Assembly: GCA_947632355.1 (NCBI GenBank)
Contig: CANROY010000004.1
Span: forward strand, 1-39,727
Origin: an uncultured Bacilli bacterium
Lineage (GTDB): Bacteria; Bacillota_I; Bacilli_A; RF39; UBA660
Length of the DNA stretch: 39,727 nt
Direction of reading: 5' to 3'
The position numbers and the translations under genes were made by a program. A model generated the notes under the pieces. That model ran no database searches. It was not told the DNA's origin and saw only the letters and a list, made by a program, of their open reading frames with translations. Shown here in pieces: positions 17,059 to 25,579 of the stretch (within the stretch, counting starts at the first letter, position 1; each line of letters begins with the position of its first letter).

Positions 17059-18405
17059 ATGAAAAGGACATTGGAATTTTTACGAAATACTTTAGAAAAA
17101 AATACTACCGTTGTACTAGGACTTTCCGGAGGCCCTGATTCAATGTGTCTTTTTTATGTGCTCTTATCTTTAAAAGAAGAATACAACTTAAATATTGTAT
17201 GTGCCCATATCAACCATAACGTAAGAAAAGAAAGTAAAGAAGAAGAACTGTTTGTAAAAGAGCAAGTAGAACAAAATCATTGTCGTTTTGAAACAAGAAC
17301 CTTAAGTTTAAACCAAGATAAAAACTTTGAAGCCAATGCAAGAAAAGAAAGATATCGTTTTTTTGAAGAGTTAGCAAAAAAATATAAAGCCAAATACGTA
17401 ATGACCGCTCATCACGGCGATGATTTAATGGAAACCATTTTAATGCGTATGACAAGAGGAAGCAACTTAAATGGGTACATTGGATTTAAAAAGAAAACAG
17501 AATGTGGTGATTATTCTTTAGTAAGACCACTGATTTATACAACCAAAGAAGAGATTTTATCCTATTGTAAGGAACAAAATATTCCTTATTGTATTGATAA
17601 ATCAAATGAAAGTGATGAACATACAAGAAATCGCTATCGCAAAAAAGTACTTCCTTTTTTAAAGGAAGAAAATAAAGAGGTTCATTTAAAGTTTTTAAAA
17701 TTTAGTGAAGAATTGGAAATGGCAAGTAATTACTTACAAAAAAAGACATTAGATGCCTTGACACAAACTAGGAGTTTTGGTAAAGTAAACTTGCACGAAT
17801 TTAATAAGTTAGAACCACTTATAAAAAAACGTGTAATTGAGTATATATTAAAAGAGGAATATCAAAACGATATTGACTTAATTCAAGATATTCATACCCA
17901 AAGTATTTTAAAATTATGTACTTCAACGGATTCTTTTAAAGAACTACATTTACCTCTTAGAAAAACAATTGTAAAAGAATATGATACGCTTTTCTTTGCT
18001 CATAAAAAAGAGGAAAAAAGAGAAGAATATATACTAGAAGAAAAAGTAGTTTTAAAAAAGAACGAATGGATAGAAAAAGTAGAAGCAACAACGATAGATA
18101 AAAGCAATTTTTTCACTCGTTTGAACTCGAAGGAATTATCACTACCTTTAAAGGTACGCCCTATTAAAGAAGAAGATGTCATGGAAGTGAAAAACTTAGG
18201 AGGGCATAAAAAAGTAAAGGAAATCTTAAGGGATGCCAAAATTCCGAAGAGCAAAAGAGAAAATCTATTTGTTGTTGTGGATCATCAAGAAAATGTACTT
18301 TGGTTACCAGGCTTAAAAAAGTCAAAGTTTGATAAAAATAAAGATGAATTTTATGATATAATATATAAGTACGTAATTATGAAGGAGGAAGAAAATGAAA
18401 AATAA
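17059..18405 (+). CDS. tilS: tRNA(Ile)-lysidine synthetase
   Basis: PP-loop SGGPDS near the N-terminus, about 450 aa, located directly upstream of ftsH. ATG 17059 follows aggtgg. Confidence 0.9.
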   Translation: MKRTLEFLRNTLEKNTTVVLGLSGGPDSMCLFYVLLSLKEEYNLNIVCAHINHNVRKESKEEELFVKEQVEQNHCRFETRTLSLNQDKNFEANARKERYRFFEELAKKYKAKYVMTAHHGDDLMETILMRMTRGSNLNGYIGFKKKTECGDYSLVRPLIYTTKEEILSYCKEQNIPYCIDKSNESDEHTRNRYRKKVLPFLKEENKEVHLKFLKFSEELEMASNYLQKKTLDALTQTRSFGKVNLHEFNKLEPLIKKRVIEYILKEEYQNDIDLIQDIHTQSILKLCTSTDSFKELHLPLRKTIVKEYDTLFFAHKKEEKREEYILEEKVVLKKNEWIEKVEATTIDKSNFFTRLNSKELSLPLKVRPIKEEDVMEVKNLGGHKKVKEILRDAKIPKSKRENLFVVVDHQENVLWLPGLKKSKFDKNKDEFYDIIYKYVIMKEEENEK

Positions 18406-20371
18406 TAACGCATTTAAAAATTTATTTCCTTATTTAGTATTAATAGTGGTTATCTTTTTTGTCTTAACCGTATTAAATTTTGGAGGTTCAATTAATCATA
18501 ACCTAACAACAGGAGAACTATTAACGGAACTAGAAAAAAGTAATGTAACGGAGATTACCATTACACCAAAGAGTAATGATTCAGTTTACTATATTGAAGG
18601 TAAGTTGGCAAACTACAAAGAAAAAGAAAGTTTTTCTGCTAAAGTAGTAGAAGAGGACTTAACGGAAATCACGAATTATGCAAAAGAACACGATTTGAAT
18701 GTATATGAAACGAATAAAGATCCAGGATCAATTTCTTTAGTCTATATCATTGTTAATTTCTTACCATTAGTTCTTATTATTGGGGCATCCTATATATTAA
18801 TTACAAAGATGGCAGGAAGTAATAAAAATTCAATGGATTTTGGTAGAAGCCGTGCTAGACTTTCTGAAGATGGTGGAACTACAAAATTTAGTGATGTAGC
18901 AGGACTTAAAGAAGAAAAAGAAGAAGTTGCTGAACTTATCGATTTCTTAAAAAATCCAAAGAAATTCCAAAAATTAGGTGCAAGAATTCCAAAAGGTGTC
19001 TTATTAGTAGGCCCTCCAGGAACTGGTAAAACTTTACTAGCAAAAGCTGTTGCCGGAGAAGCCAATGTACCATTCTACTATATTAGTGGATCTGATTTCG
19101 TAGAATTATTCGTTGGTGTCGGTGCAAGCCGTGTAAGAGATATGTTTAAAGAAGCCAAGAAAAATGCTCCTTGCTTAATCTTTATTGATGAAATTGATGC
19201 CGTTGGTCGTCAACGTGGAGCAGGACTTGGTGGTGGTCACGATGAACGTGAACAAACATTAAACCAATTACTTACGGAAATGGATGGATTTGGAGCAAAT
19301 GAAGGTATTATCATTATTGCTGCAACCAATAGACCGGATGTTTTGGACCCAGCCCTTTTAAGACCAGGAAGATTTGATAGACAAGTTACTGTTAATTTAC
19401 CGGATACAAAAGAACGTGAAGCGATATTAAAAGTTCACGCTCGTAATAAAGTGTTAGATGAATCTGTTAGTTTAGAAAACGTAAGTGCAAGAACTCCAGG
19501 ATTTAGTGGAGCAGACCTTGAAAACTTACTAAATGAAGCTGCACTACTTGCTGTTCGTAAAGATGAAGAAGCGATTACAATTGAAGATATTGATGAAGCA
19601 ACGGACCGTGTCTTAATGGGACCTGCAAAAACAAGTCGTAAAATCACTGATAAAGAAAAGAAACTTGTAAGTATTCACGAATCAGGTCATGCCGTTATTG
19701 GTATTAAATTAGAAGATGCAAATGAAGTTCATAAAATAACCATTATTCCACGTGGTATGGCTGGTGGTTATACAATGATGCTTCCAAAAGAAGAAAAAAT
19801 CTCTGTTATGACTGAAAAAGAATTACTTGCAACGATTACAGGTTTACTTGGAGGACGTGCTGCTGAAGAATTATTCTTAGGAGAAATTACAACAGGTGCA
19901 AGTGATGACTTTAAGAAAGCAACCAATATTGCTCGTAGTATGGTATCTGAATACGGTATGAGTGAACTTGGTCCAATGCAATATGAACAAAAAAGTGAAG
20001 GTGTTTTCTTAGGAAGAGATTATAACAAAACGAAAAACTACTCTGACCAAGTTGCTTTAGAAATTGATAGAGAAGTTCGTAAAATTATTGAAAATTGTTA
20101 TAAAGATGCTAAGAAAATCTTAAGTGAAAATAAAGACTTAGTGATGACGTTAAGTAAAGCTTTAATCGAAAGAGAAACCTTAACAAAAGAGGAAATTGAA
20201 TCTCTTGTAACAACTGGTAAAATTAGTGAAGATTTAGAACCTTTAAAAGAAGATGAACCTTCTTTACTAAAACTAAGAGAAATCGCCAAAGCCAATAAAA
20301 TTAAAGGCTATACAAAAATGACTAAAGAAGAACTTGAAGAAGCATTAAAAGAATTAGATGATATGGAATAG
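18395..20371 (+). CDS. ftsH: ATP-dependent zinc metalloprotease FtsH with an extra C-terminal Rho_N/HeH-like tail
   Basis: Two TM segments, AAA motifs GPPGTGKT and DEIDA, SRH region, and Zn site HESGHA. Confidence 0.97.
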   Translation: MKNNNAFKNLFPYLVLIVVIFFVLTVLNFGGSINHNLTTGELLTELEKSNVTEITITPKSNDSVYYIEGKLANYKEKESFSAKVVEEDLTEITNYAKEHDLNVYETNKDPGSISLVYIIVNFLPLVLIIGASYILITKMAGSNKNSMDFGRSRARLSEDGGTTKFSDVAGLKEEKEEVAELIDFLKNPKKFQKLGARIPKGVLLVGPPGTGKTLLAKAVAGEANVPFYYISGSDFVELFVGVGASRVRDMFKEAKKNAPCLIFIDEIDAVGRQRGAGLGGGHDEREQTLNQLLTEMDGFGANEGIIIIAATNRPDVLDPALLRPGRFDRQVTVNLPDTKEREAILKVHARNKVLDESVSLENVSARTPGFSGADLENLLNEAALLAVRKDEEAITIEDIDEATDRVLMGPAKTSRKITDKEKKLVSIHESGHAVIGIKLEDANEVHKITIIPRGMAGGYTMMLPKEEKISVMTEKELLATITGLLGGRAAEELFLGEITTGASDDFKKATNIARSMVSEYGMSELGPMQYEQKSEGVFLGRDYNKTKNYSDQVALEIDREVRKIIENCYKDAKKILSENKDLVMTLSKALIERETLTKEEIESLVTTGKISEDLEPLKEDEPSLLKLREIAKANKIKGYTKMTKEELEEALKELDDME

Positions 20372-20372
20372 T

Positions 20373-20591
20373 CTAATTCTTTTTATCTTGAATAATAATT
20401 TCTAAATTAAATTGTTTTGCAATTTCTAATAACAGTTCAACATCATAGTTTCTTTGACCATATTCATAAAATTGGATCGCATTGCGACTTCTTTTTATTT
20501 TTTTACCAAATTCTTCTTGCGTTAAACCACTATTTTCTCGGATAAATTTAATTAATTCATTTGCTTTATATTGATTTGCTACTAGTTTCAT
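20373..20591 (-). CDS. XRE-family HTH regulator (72 aa)
   Basis: MKLVANQYKANELIKFIRENSGLTQEEFGKKIKRSRNAIQFYEYGQ. SD gaggtgg upstream of ATG 20591. The remainder of the 211-aa track ORF is antisense to the neighbouring gene. Confidence 0.8.
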   Translation of the reverse strand: MKLVANQYKANELIKFIRENSGLTQEEFGKKIKRSRNAIQFYEYGQRNYDVELLLEIAKQFNLEIIIQDKKN

Positions 20592-20622
20592 AAATAAACC
20601 ACCTCTTGACAAGCATACAAAA

Positions 20623-20653
20623 TGTTGGTATTCTTTTATAGAGAATACCAACA
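20623..20653. promoter_or_regulatory. 12-bp perfect inverted repeat (tgttggtattct N7 agaataccaaca), candidate XRE operator overlapping the divergent promoter region
   Basis: Arms at 20623-20634 and 20642-20653. A ttgaca -35 box at 20606-20611 lies just upstream. Sits between the divergent genes. Confidence 0.6.
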
Positions 20654-20676
20654 AAGCGTGGCGTTGAGGTGAGCAA

Positions 20677-20841
20677 ATGAAACTGCAAAAATTTATAAAG
20701 AATAAGAAACAAAAAGGAATAGTAATAGGAAGTATAGTAGGAATACTACTATTAATAGGAGGTATAAGTTTATACCGAAGTTTTGCGTTGTATAAAGTGG
20801 AAAAAACGTTTGATGTTTTAGAAGGAACAGTACCTGATTTT
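20677..20841 (+). repeat. Copy 1 of a dispersed 165-nt repeat encoding the shared N-terminal module
   Basis: Colinear with 37983-38147 and gap-free. 45/55 encoded residues are identical. The core ggaggtataagt...ggaacagtacctga is nearly identical at DNA level. Confidence 0.9.
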
Positions 20842-21909
20842 AATAGTGGAGATGTAACTCTTGCATTTACAATAAATAATAGAAAAACAAATGGTGTGCC
20901 TTTTCCAAATTCAGATGAAGGATTTACAAGTAAAGAAACAAAATGTGAAGAAGGAGTACAAGCCGAATGGATCGATACAAATTGGGCATTAAAAGTAATA
21001 AATAGCAATAATCAAAGTAGAATAAAATGTACAATAGATTTTAATGCACCAACTTTTTCAACTTATTTAAAATCAAAGGTAACAAGTGTTGCAGATGGAG
21101 GAAGCGGATTCATAAAACAAGAGCATGAAGCAACGGAACAAACCCAAAGTAATGCTACAACAGACTATCGATTTATAGGAGTAAATCCAAACAATTATAT
21201 CTGTTTAGAAGAAAGTGGACAATGTAATGATGAGAGCTTATATAGAATTATTGGTGTTATACCAACCCAATCAAGTGATAGTGGAAACTATGAAGATCGA
21301 GTAAAATTAATTAAAAATACAAGTATTGGTAAATATCCATGGAGTGGTAGTACAGATAATAATAGTAATGATTGGACGCAAAGTACATTAAATATAGATA
21401 CACTTAATAAAACGTATTGGGACAGTATAAGTTCATATCAAAAATATATTGAAAATGCTAAGTGGTATTTAGGGTCTTATTGGGAAGATGACAGGGAAAC
21501 TCGTAATATTACTGATTTTTATATTAGTGAAAGAGGAAAACGAGAAAATACGGGTGAATCTACTATTAATTACATCTTAACAAAAATTGGTTTAATTTAT
21601 GAAAGTGATTTTGTTTTTGCAACTAGTATGAAAAATGAGTGCTCAGTAATAGGCTCTTGGAATACAAATTGTAGTAATAATGATTGGCTATATAAAACAG
21701 AAAAATATCAGTGGTCTATAACTGCACAAAAATTTACTCTAAATCAAGTTTGGTTCATAACCAATTCAAGTATAGAGAAAACAATTGGTCTAAATACCTC
21801 TACAAATGAAGATATTGATGTTTTTCCGGCTTTTTATCTCAAATCGAATGTATTATTTCAAAATGGAAATGGAACAAAAAGCAATCCTTATAGAATATCC
21901 ATAAATTAA
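20677..21909 (+). CDS. Membrane-anchored or exported protein: conserved 55-aa N-terminal module plus a Cys/Trp-rich C-terminal domain of unknown function
   Basis: Lys-rich N-terminus, TM IVIGSIVGILLLIGGISLY, then YKVEKTFDVLEGTVPDF. C-terminus ends in VFPAFYLKSNV...GNGTKSNPYRI. Paralogous to the N-terminus of 37983..39428. Confidence 0.75.
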   Translation: MKLQKFIKNKKQKGIVIGSIVGILLLIGGISLYRSFALYKVEKTFDVLEGTVPDFNSGDVTLAFTINNRKTNGVPFPNSDEGFTSKETKCEEGVQAEWIDTNWALKVINSNNQSRIKCTIDFNAPTFSTYLKSKVTSVADGGSGFIKQEHEATEQTQSNATTDYRFIGVNPNNYICLEESGQCNDESLYRIIGVIPTQSSDSGNYEDRVKLIKNTSIGKYPWSGSTDNNSNDWTQSTLNIDTLNKTYWDSISSYQKYIENAKWYLGSYWEDDRETRNITDFYISERGKRENTGESTINYILTKIGLIYESDFVFATSMKNECSVIGSWNTNCSNNDWLYKTEKYQWSITAQKFTLNQVWFITNSSIEKTIGLNTSTNEDIDVFPAFYLKSNVLFQNGNGTKSNPYRISIN

Positions 21910-21960
21910 ATTAAAAAAAAGTAAAAAAATACCAATTTTAACGAAATTGGCTCAAAAAAG

Positions 21961-21989
21961 GTAAATTGTCACGACAATTTGCCTTTTTC
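21961..21989 (+). terminator. Rho-independent terminator
   Basis: 10-bp stem ggtaaattgt/acaatttgcc (one G-U pair), loop cacg, then ttttt. Confidence 0.75.
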
Positions 21990-22132
21990 TCATGAGAATT
22001 TGAGCAAAAGTTGCTAGAAATCGCAAAATTGATGATTTGCATTTTCTTTTTTTCTTTGCTAAAGTGTTTCTGCGAGCCGCAAAAGTAATGGGTTTGCCAC
22101 CTAAATTTTAAAAGAAATCGAGGTGGTCACGA

Positions 22133-22216
22133 ATGACAAAAAAAGATTTTTTAATTGCAGCATTGATCGTGATAATTATTTTATTGATCATTTTCTTGAT
22201 AGTTAGCACTTGTTAA
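22133..22216 (+). CDS. 27-aa hydrophobic peptide (candidate type I toxin-like small membrane protein), not in the ORF track
   Basis: MTKKDFLIAALIVIIILLIIFLIVSTC. Strong SD gaggtgg 6 nt upstream of the ATG. Confidence 0.45.
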   Translation: MTKKDFLIAALIVIIILLIIFLIVSTC

Positions 22217-22241
22217 AAATTGGGGTTTTGGTTGATAATTT

Positions 22242-22312
22242 AAAAAAAGACACCATCTCTTTATTGAGTGGTGCAACCCTTTAAAGGCAAGCACTATACT
22301 TAGTGGCTCGCT
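22242..22312 (-). ncRNA. Candidate ~70-nt convergent sRNA (possible antitoxin RNA)
   Basis: Minus-strand promoter ttgcaa (22348-22343), 17 nt spacer, tataat (22325-22320). Minus-strand terminator with stem 22251-22259/22266-22273 (one bulge) followed by a 7-T run (22248-22242). Ends 26 nt beyond the peptide stop codon. Confidence 0.4.
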
Positions 22313-22366
22313 TTAGTTGATTATAAAGCATTTTATATAAAATTGCAAAGGGTTTTGGTGATAAGT

Positions 22367-22837
22367 ATGCAAAATTTAGTAACAAAGAAAAAATTTATGA
22401 TGATTTTTAGCAATGTTGTGTATCGCAAAAAATTAGATACATTGCTTTTAAACTTTTTTGGTTTAGAAGCAAGTGCGTTAACAGAAAAAGAAATGGTGGA
22501 AGATGCGAACACCATAGAATTTATTCTTCTATTAAATACCGAGAAATTATTAAGTATAGTGGTAAAAGATACCAAGCATCTTTTTCATTCCTCTAAAAAA
22601 ATCTATATCAATCTAAGTTATCGTGAGGTGCCGAAACATTTTGAAGTTTTAATACCTTGTTATTATGAAATCTATATTCCTTATCTTTTTCATCATCAAA
22701 AAGAAAATCCTAAGTTCTATCTTTTAGTCTCTTTATTCTATTGTAAGACAGTACGAAAGGCACAAAACTTATTAAAGAAAATGGAAATCTTTAATCAAGA
22801 AGAAATAGAGGACATTCTAAAAATAATCAAAAAATAG
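22367..22837 (+). CDS. Hypothetical protein, possibly a degenerate Rpn/PD-(D/E)XK 'putative transposase' family remnant
   Basis: N-terminus FMMIFSNVVYRKKLDTLLLNFFGL weakly recalls the FKKIFG...LLISFLNAIL start of that family. No catalytic motif recognised. Confidence 0.35.
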   Translation: MQNLVTKKKFMMIFSNVVYRKKLDTLLLNFFGLEASALTEKEMVEDANTIEFILLLNTEKLLSIVVKDTKHLFHSSKKIYINLSYREVPKHFEVLIPCYYEIYIPYLFHHQKENPKFYLLVSLFYCKTVRKAQNLLKKMEIFNQEEIEDILKIIKK

Positions 22838-22913
22838 TGTTGTTTTAGTAAAGACAAATATAGTTTAATGTGTTAAAATATTTCTAGTAACTAAATTTAA
22901 GAAGGATGATCGT

Positions 22914-23699
22914 ATGGCAAAAGTTATTTCAATCGTAAATCAAAAAGGTGGTGTTGGTAAAACAACAACGAGCATTAATCTTGCTGCTGCTTTAGGAAAT
23001 GAAGGAAAGAAAACTCTAATTATTGACCTAGATTCTCAAGGAAATGCTTCCAATAGTTTAGGTTTAAATACGAGTGATTTCGAAAATGATATTTACGATG
23101 CAATAACAGGTGTTTGTTCTATAAAAGATGCTATTATTAAAACGCAATTTAAAAACCTATCCATTATACCTTCTACCATTAACCTAGCTGGTATGGAAGT
23201 GGAATTTGTTAAAAAAATGTTAGAAGATAAAACATTTAGACAAAATGACCAATTGCGTTTGAAACTAAATGAAATCAAAGAACAATACGACTACATATTA
23301 ATTGATTGCCAACCTTCTTTAGGAGTATCTACAATGAATGCTTTAGTTGCTAGTGATTCAGTGATTATTCCTGTACAATGTGAATATTATGCACTAGAAG
23401 GAATTAATCAATTACTAAATTCTATTATTTTAGTCCAAACAGAAATGAATCCTGATTTAAGAATTGAAGGTGTACTTCTAACGATGCTAGATGGAAGAAC
23501 GAACATTGGACTTGAAGTAATGGAAGAAGTACGTAAATATTTTAAAAATAAAGTTTTCAATACCATAATTCCTAGACTTGTTCGTTTAGTAGAAGCACCA
23601 AGTCATGGAAAACCAGTAAATGCGTATGACCCAACAAGTCGTGCAACACTTGCATACGCAAATTTAGCAAAGGAAGTGATTAGTAGAGATGGAAACTAA
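22914..23699 (+). CDS. soj: Chromosome partitioning ATPase ParA/Soj
   Basis: Deviant Walker A NQKGGVGKTTT. 261 aa. Followed by parB with an overlap. Confidence 0.95.
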   Translation: MAKVISIVNQKGGVGKTTTSINLAAALGNEGKKTLIIDLDSQGNASNSLGLNTSDFENDIYDAITGVCSIKDAIIKTQFKNLSIIPSTINLAGMEVEFVKKMLEDKTFRQNDQLRLKLNEIKEQYDYILIDCQPSLGVSTMNALVASDSVIIPVQCEYYALEGINQLLNSIILVQTEMNPDLRIEGVLLTMLDGRTNIGLEVMEEVRKYFKNKVFNTIIPRLVRLVEAPSHGKPVNAYDPTSRATLAYANLAKEVISRDGN

Positions 23700-24579
23700 A
23701 AGAAAGGCATTGGGAAAAGGTTTAGAACAATTATTTTCAAATGAAGTCATTGACTTTGATAGTTTTGAAAAAAAGATTGTGGATACTGCTAAAGGAAATG
23801 ATATTGTGGAAATCCCTTTAAGTGAGATTCGTAGTAATCCTTATCAACCTAGAAAAACATTTAATGAAGAAAAGATTCAAGAACTTGCCGATAGTATCAA
23901 AGAATATGGTATCGTTCAACCAATTATCGTTAAAAAAGCCGTTAAAGGCTATGAATTAATTGCTGGTGAACGCCGTACAAAAGCTGCACGTATTGCGGGA
24001 CTTACAACCATACCTGCTATTATCAAAGAATTTGATGACCAAGAAATGATGGAAATTGCTCTAATTGAAAATATTCAAAGAGAAGATTTAAATCCAATTG
24101 ATGAAGCCATTGCTTATGAAAACATTATAAAATTAAACAATATGACCCAAGAAGAGTTTGCTCATCGTTTTGGCAAAAGTAGAAGTTATGTTACCAATAT
24201 GTTAGGTTTGTTAAAGCTTCCAAATGCAACGAAAAAACTTGTAGAAGAAAACAAAATCAGTATGGGACATGCTCGTGCTTTAAGTAAACTTAGTGATGAA
24301 GAACAAATAAATACTCTTGCAGATAAAATTTTAAAAGAAAATTTAAGTGTTCGTGAGATAGAAAAATTAATTTCCGATAGTCATTTAGAAAAAACAAATA
24401 AAATTACAAGAAAGACAGAAGAACATAATACCCACTATGCTATTTATGAAAATATTATGCGTGAAAAAATTGGTTCAAAAGTAAAAATTAAAAAAAATAA
24501 AATTGAAATACCTTTTGACCGTGAAAAAGATTTAGAAAGAATTTTAGAAATTTTAGGAATAGAAATAACGGGTGATTAG
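23689..24579 (+). CDS. spo0J: Chromosome partitioning protein ParB/Spo0J
   Basis: ParB box GERRTKAARIAG, an HTH region, and NPYQPRK near the N-terminus. Confidence 0.95.
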   Translation: METKRKALGKGLEQLFSNEVIDFDSFEKKIVDTAKGNDIVEIPLSEIRSNPYQPRKTFNEEKIQELADSIKEYGIVQPIIVKKAVKGYELIAGERRTKAARIAGLTTIPAIIKEFDDQEMMEIALIENIQREDLNPIDEAIAYENIIKLNNMTQEEFAHRFGKSRSYVTNMLGLLKLPNATKKLVEENKISMGHARALSKLSDEEQINTLADKILKENLSVREIEKLISDSHLEKTNKITRKTEEHNTHYAIYENIMREKIGSKVKIKKNKIEIPFDREKDLERILEILGIEITGD

Positions 24580-25395
24580 ATGGAAATGGTAAAAGGGGTT
24601 CTTACATTTTTATCCCAAAAACAAGTTTATGGGTTAGCACTAATTCTTTTTATTGGAATCGTTTCCTATTACTTTGGTAAAATTGCCATACAAAAAATAA
24701 TTAATGCTGGAAAAAGTGCTTATGAAAAAAAGAAGAGAAATACAATTGTAAAATTGATTTCCAACATCTTAAAATATGTCATTTTTATTATCCTATTACT
24801 TGCCATATTGAATCTTTATGGAGTGGATACCAAAGCCCTAATTGCTAGTTTAGGTGTTGTAGGTGCTGTACTTGGTCTTGCTCTACAAGATACAATAAAA
24901 GATTTTATTAGTGGAATTACAATTATTATGGATAACTTCTTTGTAGTTGGAGATATTGTTACCTTTAATGGTTTTACAGGAGAAATCATTGAACTTGGCT
25001 TAAAAACAACTAAAATTAAAAAAGTAAATGGTGAAGTACTTGTTATTTCCAATCGTAACATTGACCAAATTATCAACATTAGTCAAGAACTTGCCAATAT
25101 TTATATCGATATTCCAACGGCTTATGAAGAGAAAATGAGCAAAGTAGAAAAAGCAATCGATAAAATCTTAAAAGAAATTAAAACCATCCCCGGTGTTAAA
25201 AAAGAACCTGAATATTTAGGTATCTCTGAACTTTCTGATAGTGCTGTAAAATATACAATAAGTTTTAATTGTATACAAGAAAAACAATGGCAAATCAAAA
25301 GAGATGCTTTAAAAATAATCAAAACAATCTATGATAAAGAAAACATTAAAATACCATATACACAAATCGAGGTGCATAATGAACAAAGAGTATAA
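24580..25395 (+). CDS. Small-conductance mechanosensitive channel (MscS family)
   Basis: Three TM segments plus the conserved pore and beta-domain region LGLALQDTIKDFISGITIIMDNFFVVGD. Confidence 0.85.
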   Translation: MEMVKGVLTFLSQKQVYGLALILFIGIVSYYFGKIAIQKIINAGKSAYEKKKRNTIVKLISNILKYVIFIILLLAILNLYGVDTKALIASLGVVGAVLGLALQDTIKDFISGITIIMDNFFVVGDIVTFNGFTGEIIELGLKTTKIKKVNGEVLVISNRNIDQIINISQELANIYIDIPTAYEEKMSKVEKAIDKILKEIKTIPGVKKEPEYLGISELSDSAVKYTISFNCIQEKQWQIKRDALKIIKTIYDKENIKIPYTQIEVHNEQRV

Positions 25396-25579
25396 ATTAA
25401 ATGATTATGTTATAATGAAAAAGCCTCATGCTTGTAAAACCAATCTTTGGATGATTACAAGAATGGGTGTTGATATCAAAATTAAATGTGTCCATTGTGG
25501 AAGAGAAATTATGATGGACCGTTTGGAATTTCAAAAAAAATTAAAAAAAGTAGTAGGTGATCCGAATGAATGTAAATAA
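25379..25579 (+). CDS. DUF951 family small protein (YyzM-like)
   Basis: YVIMKKPHACKTNLWMITRMGVDIKIKCVHCGREIMM. ATG 25379 follows SD gaggtg. Confidence 0.75.
   Translation: MNKEYKLNDYVIMKKPHACKTNLWMITRMGVDIKIKCVHCGREIMMDRLEFQKKLKKVVGDPNECK

Noticed and set aside
18395-18405. tilS runs directly into ftsH without the hpt (hprT) gene that sits between them in Bacillus
   Set aside because: This is simple gene-order variation. hpt may be elsewhere in the genome, and nothing in the sequence suggests a deletion scar.
18790-19065. Antisense ORFs inside ftsH, secA, hpf, tilS, parA, mscS, abgT, ychF, ssb, dnaB and other genes (for example 7999..8295, 10751..10988, 17210..17455, 19435..19647, 25676..25984, 26564..26875, 29425..29661, 33389..33649)
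   Set aside because: All are nested opposite highly conserved genes. Their composition is Ser/Phe/Leu-rich, as expected from reverse-complemented Lys/Glu-rich coding sequence, and none has a ribosome-binding site.
19745-19760. parS-like sequence tattccacgtggtatg inside ftsH, plus a search of the soj-spo0J region for parS (TGTTNCACGTGAAACA)
   Set aside because: Only 11/16 matches to the parS consensus. No better match was noticed by eye in or near spo0J. A computational scan would be needed to exclude parS sites.
20592-21008. N-terminal 139 codons of the 211-aa minus-strand track ORF (and likewise 37871..38254 of the 201-aa ORF)
   Set aside because: These stretches are antisense to the well-supported + strand genes. 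They look similar to each other only because they mirror the shared 165-nt repeat. The real XRE genes start at internal ATGs (20591 and 37870), each preceded by a strong SD.
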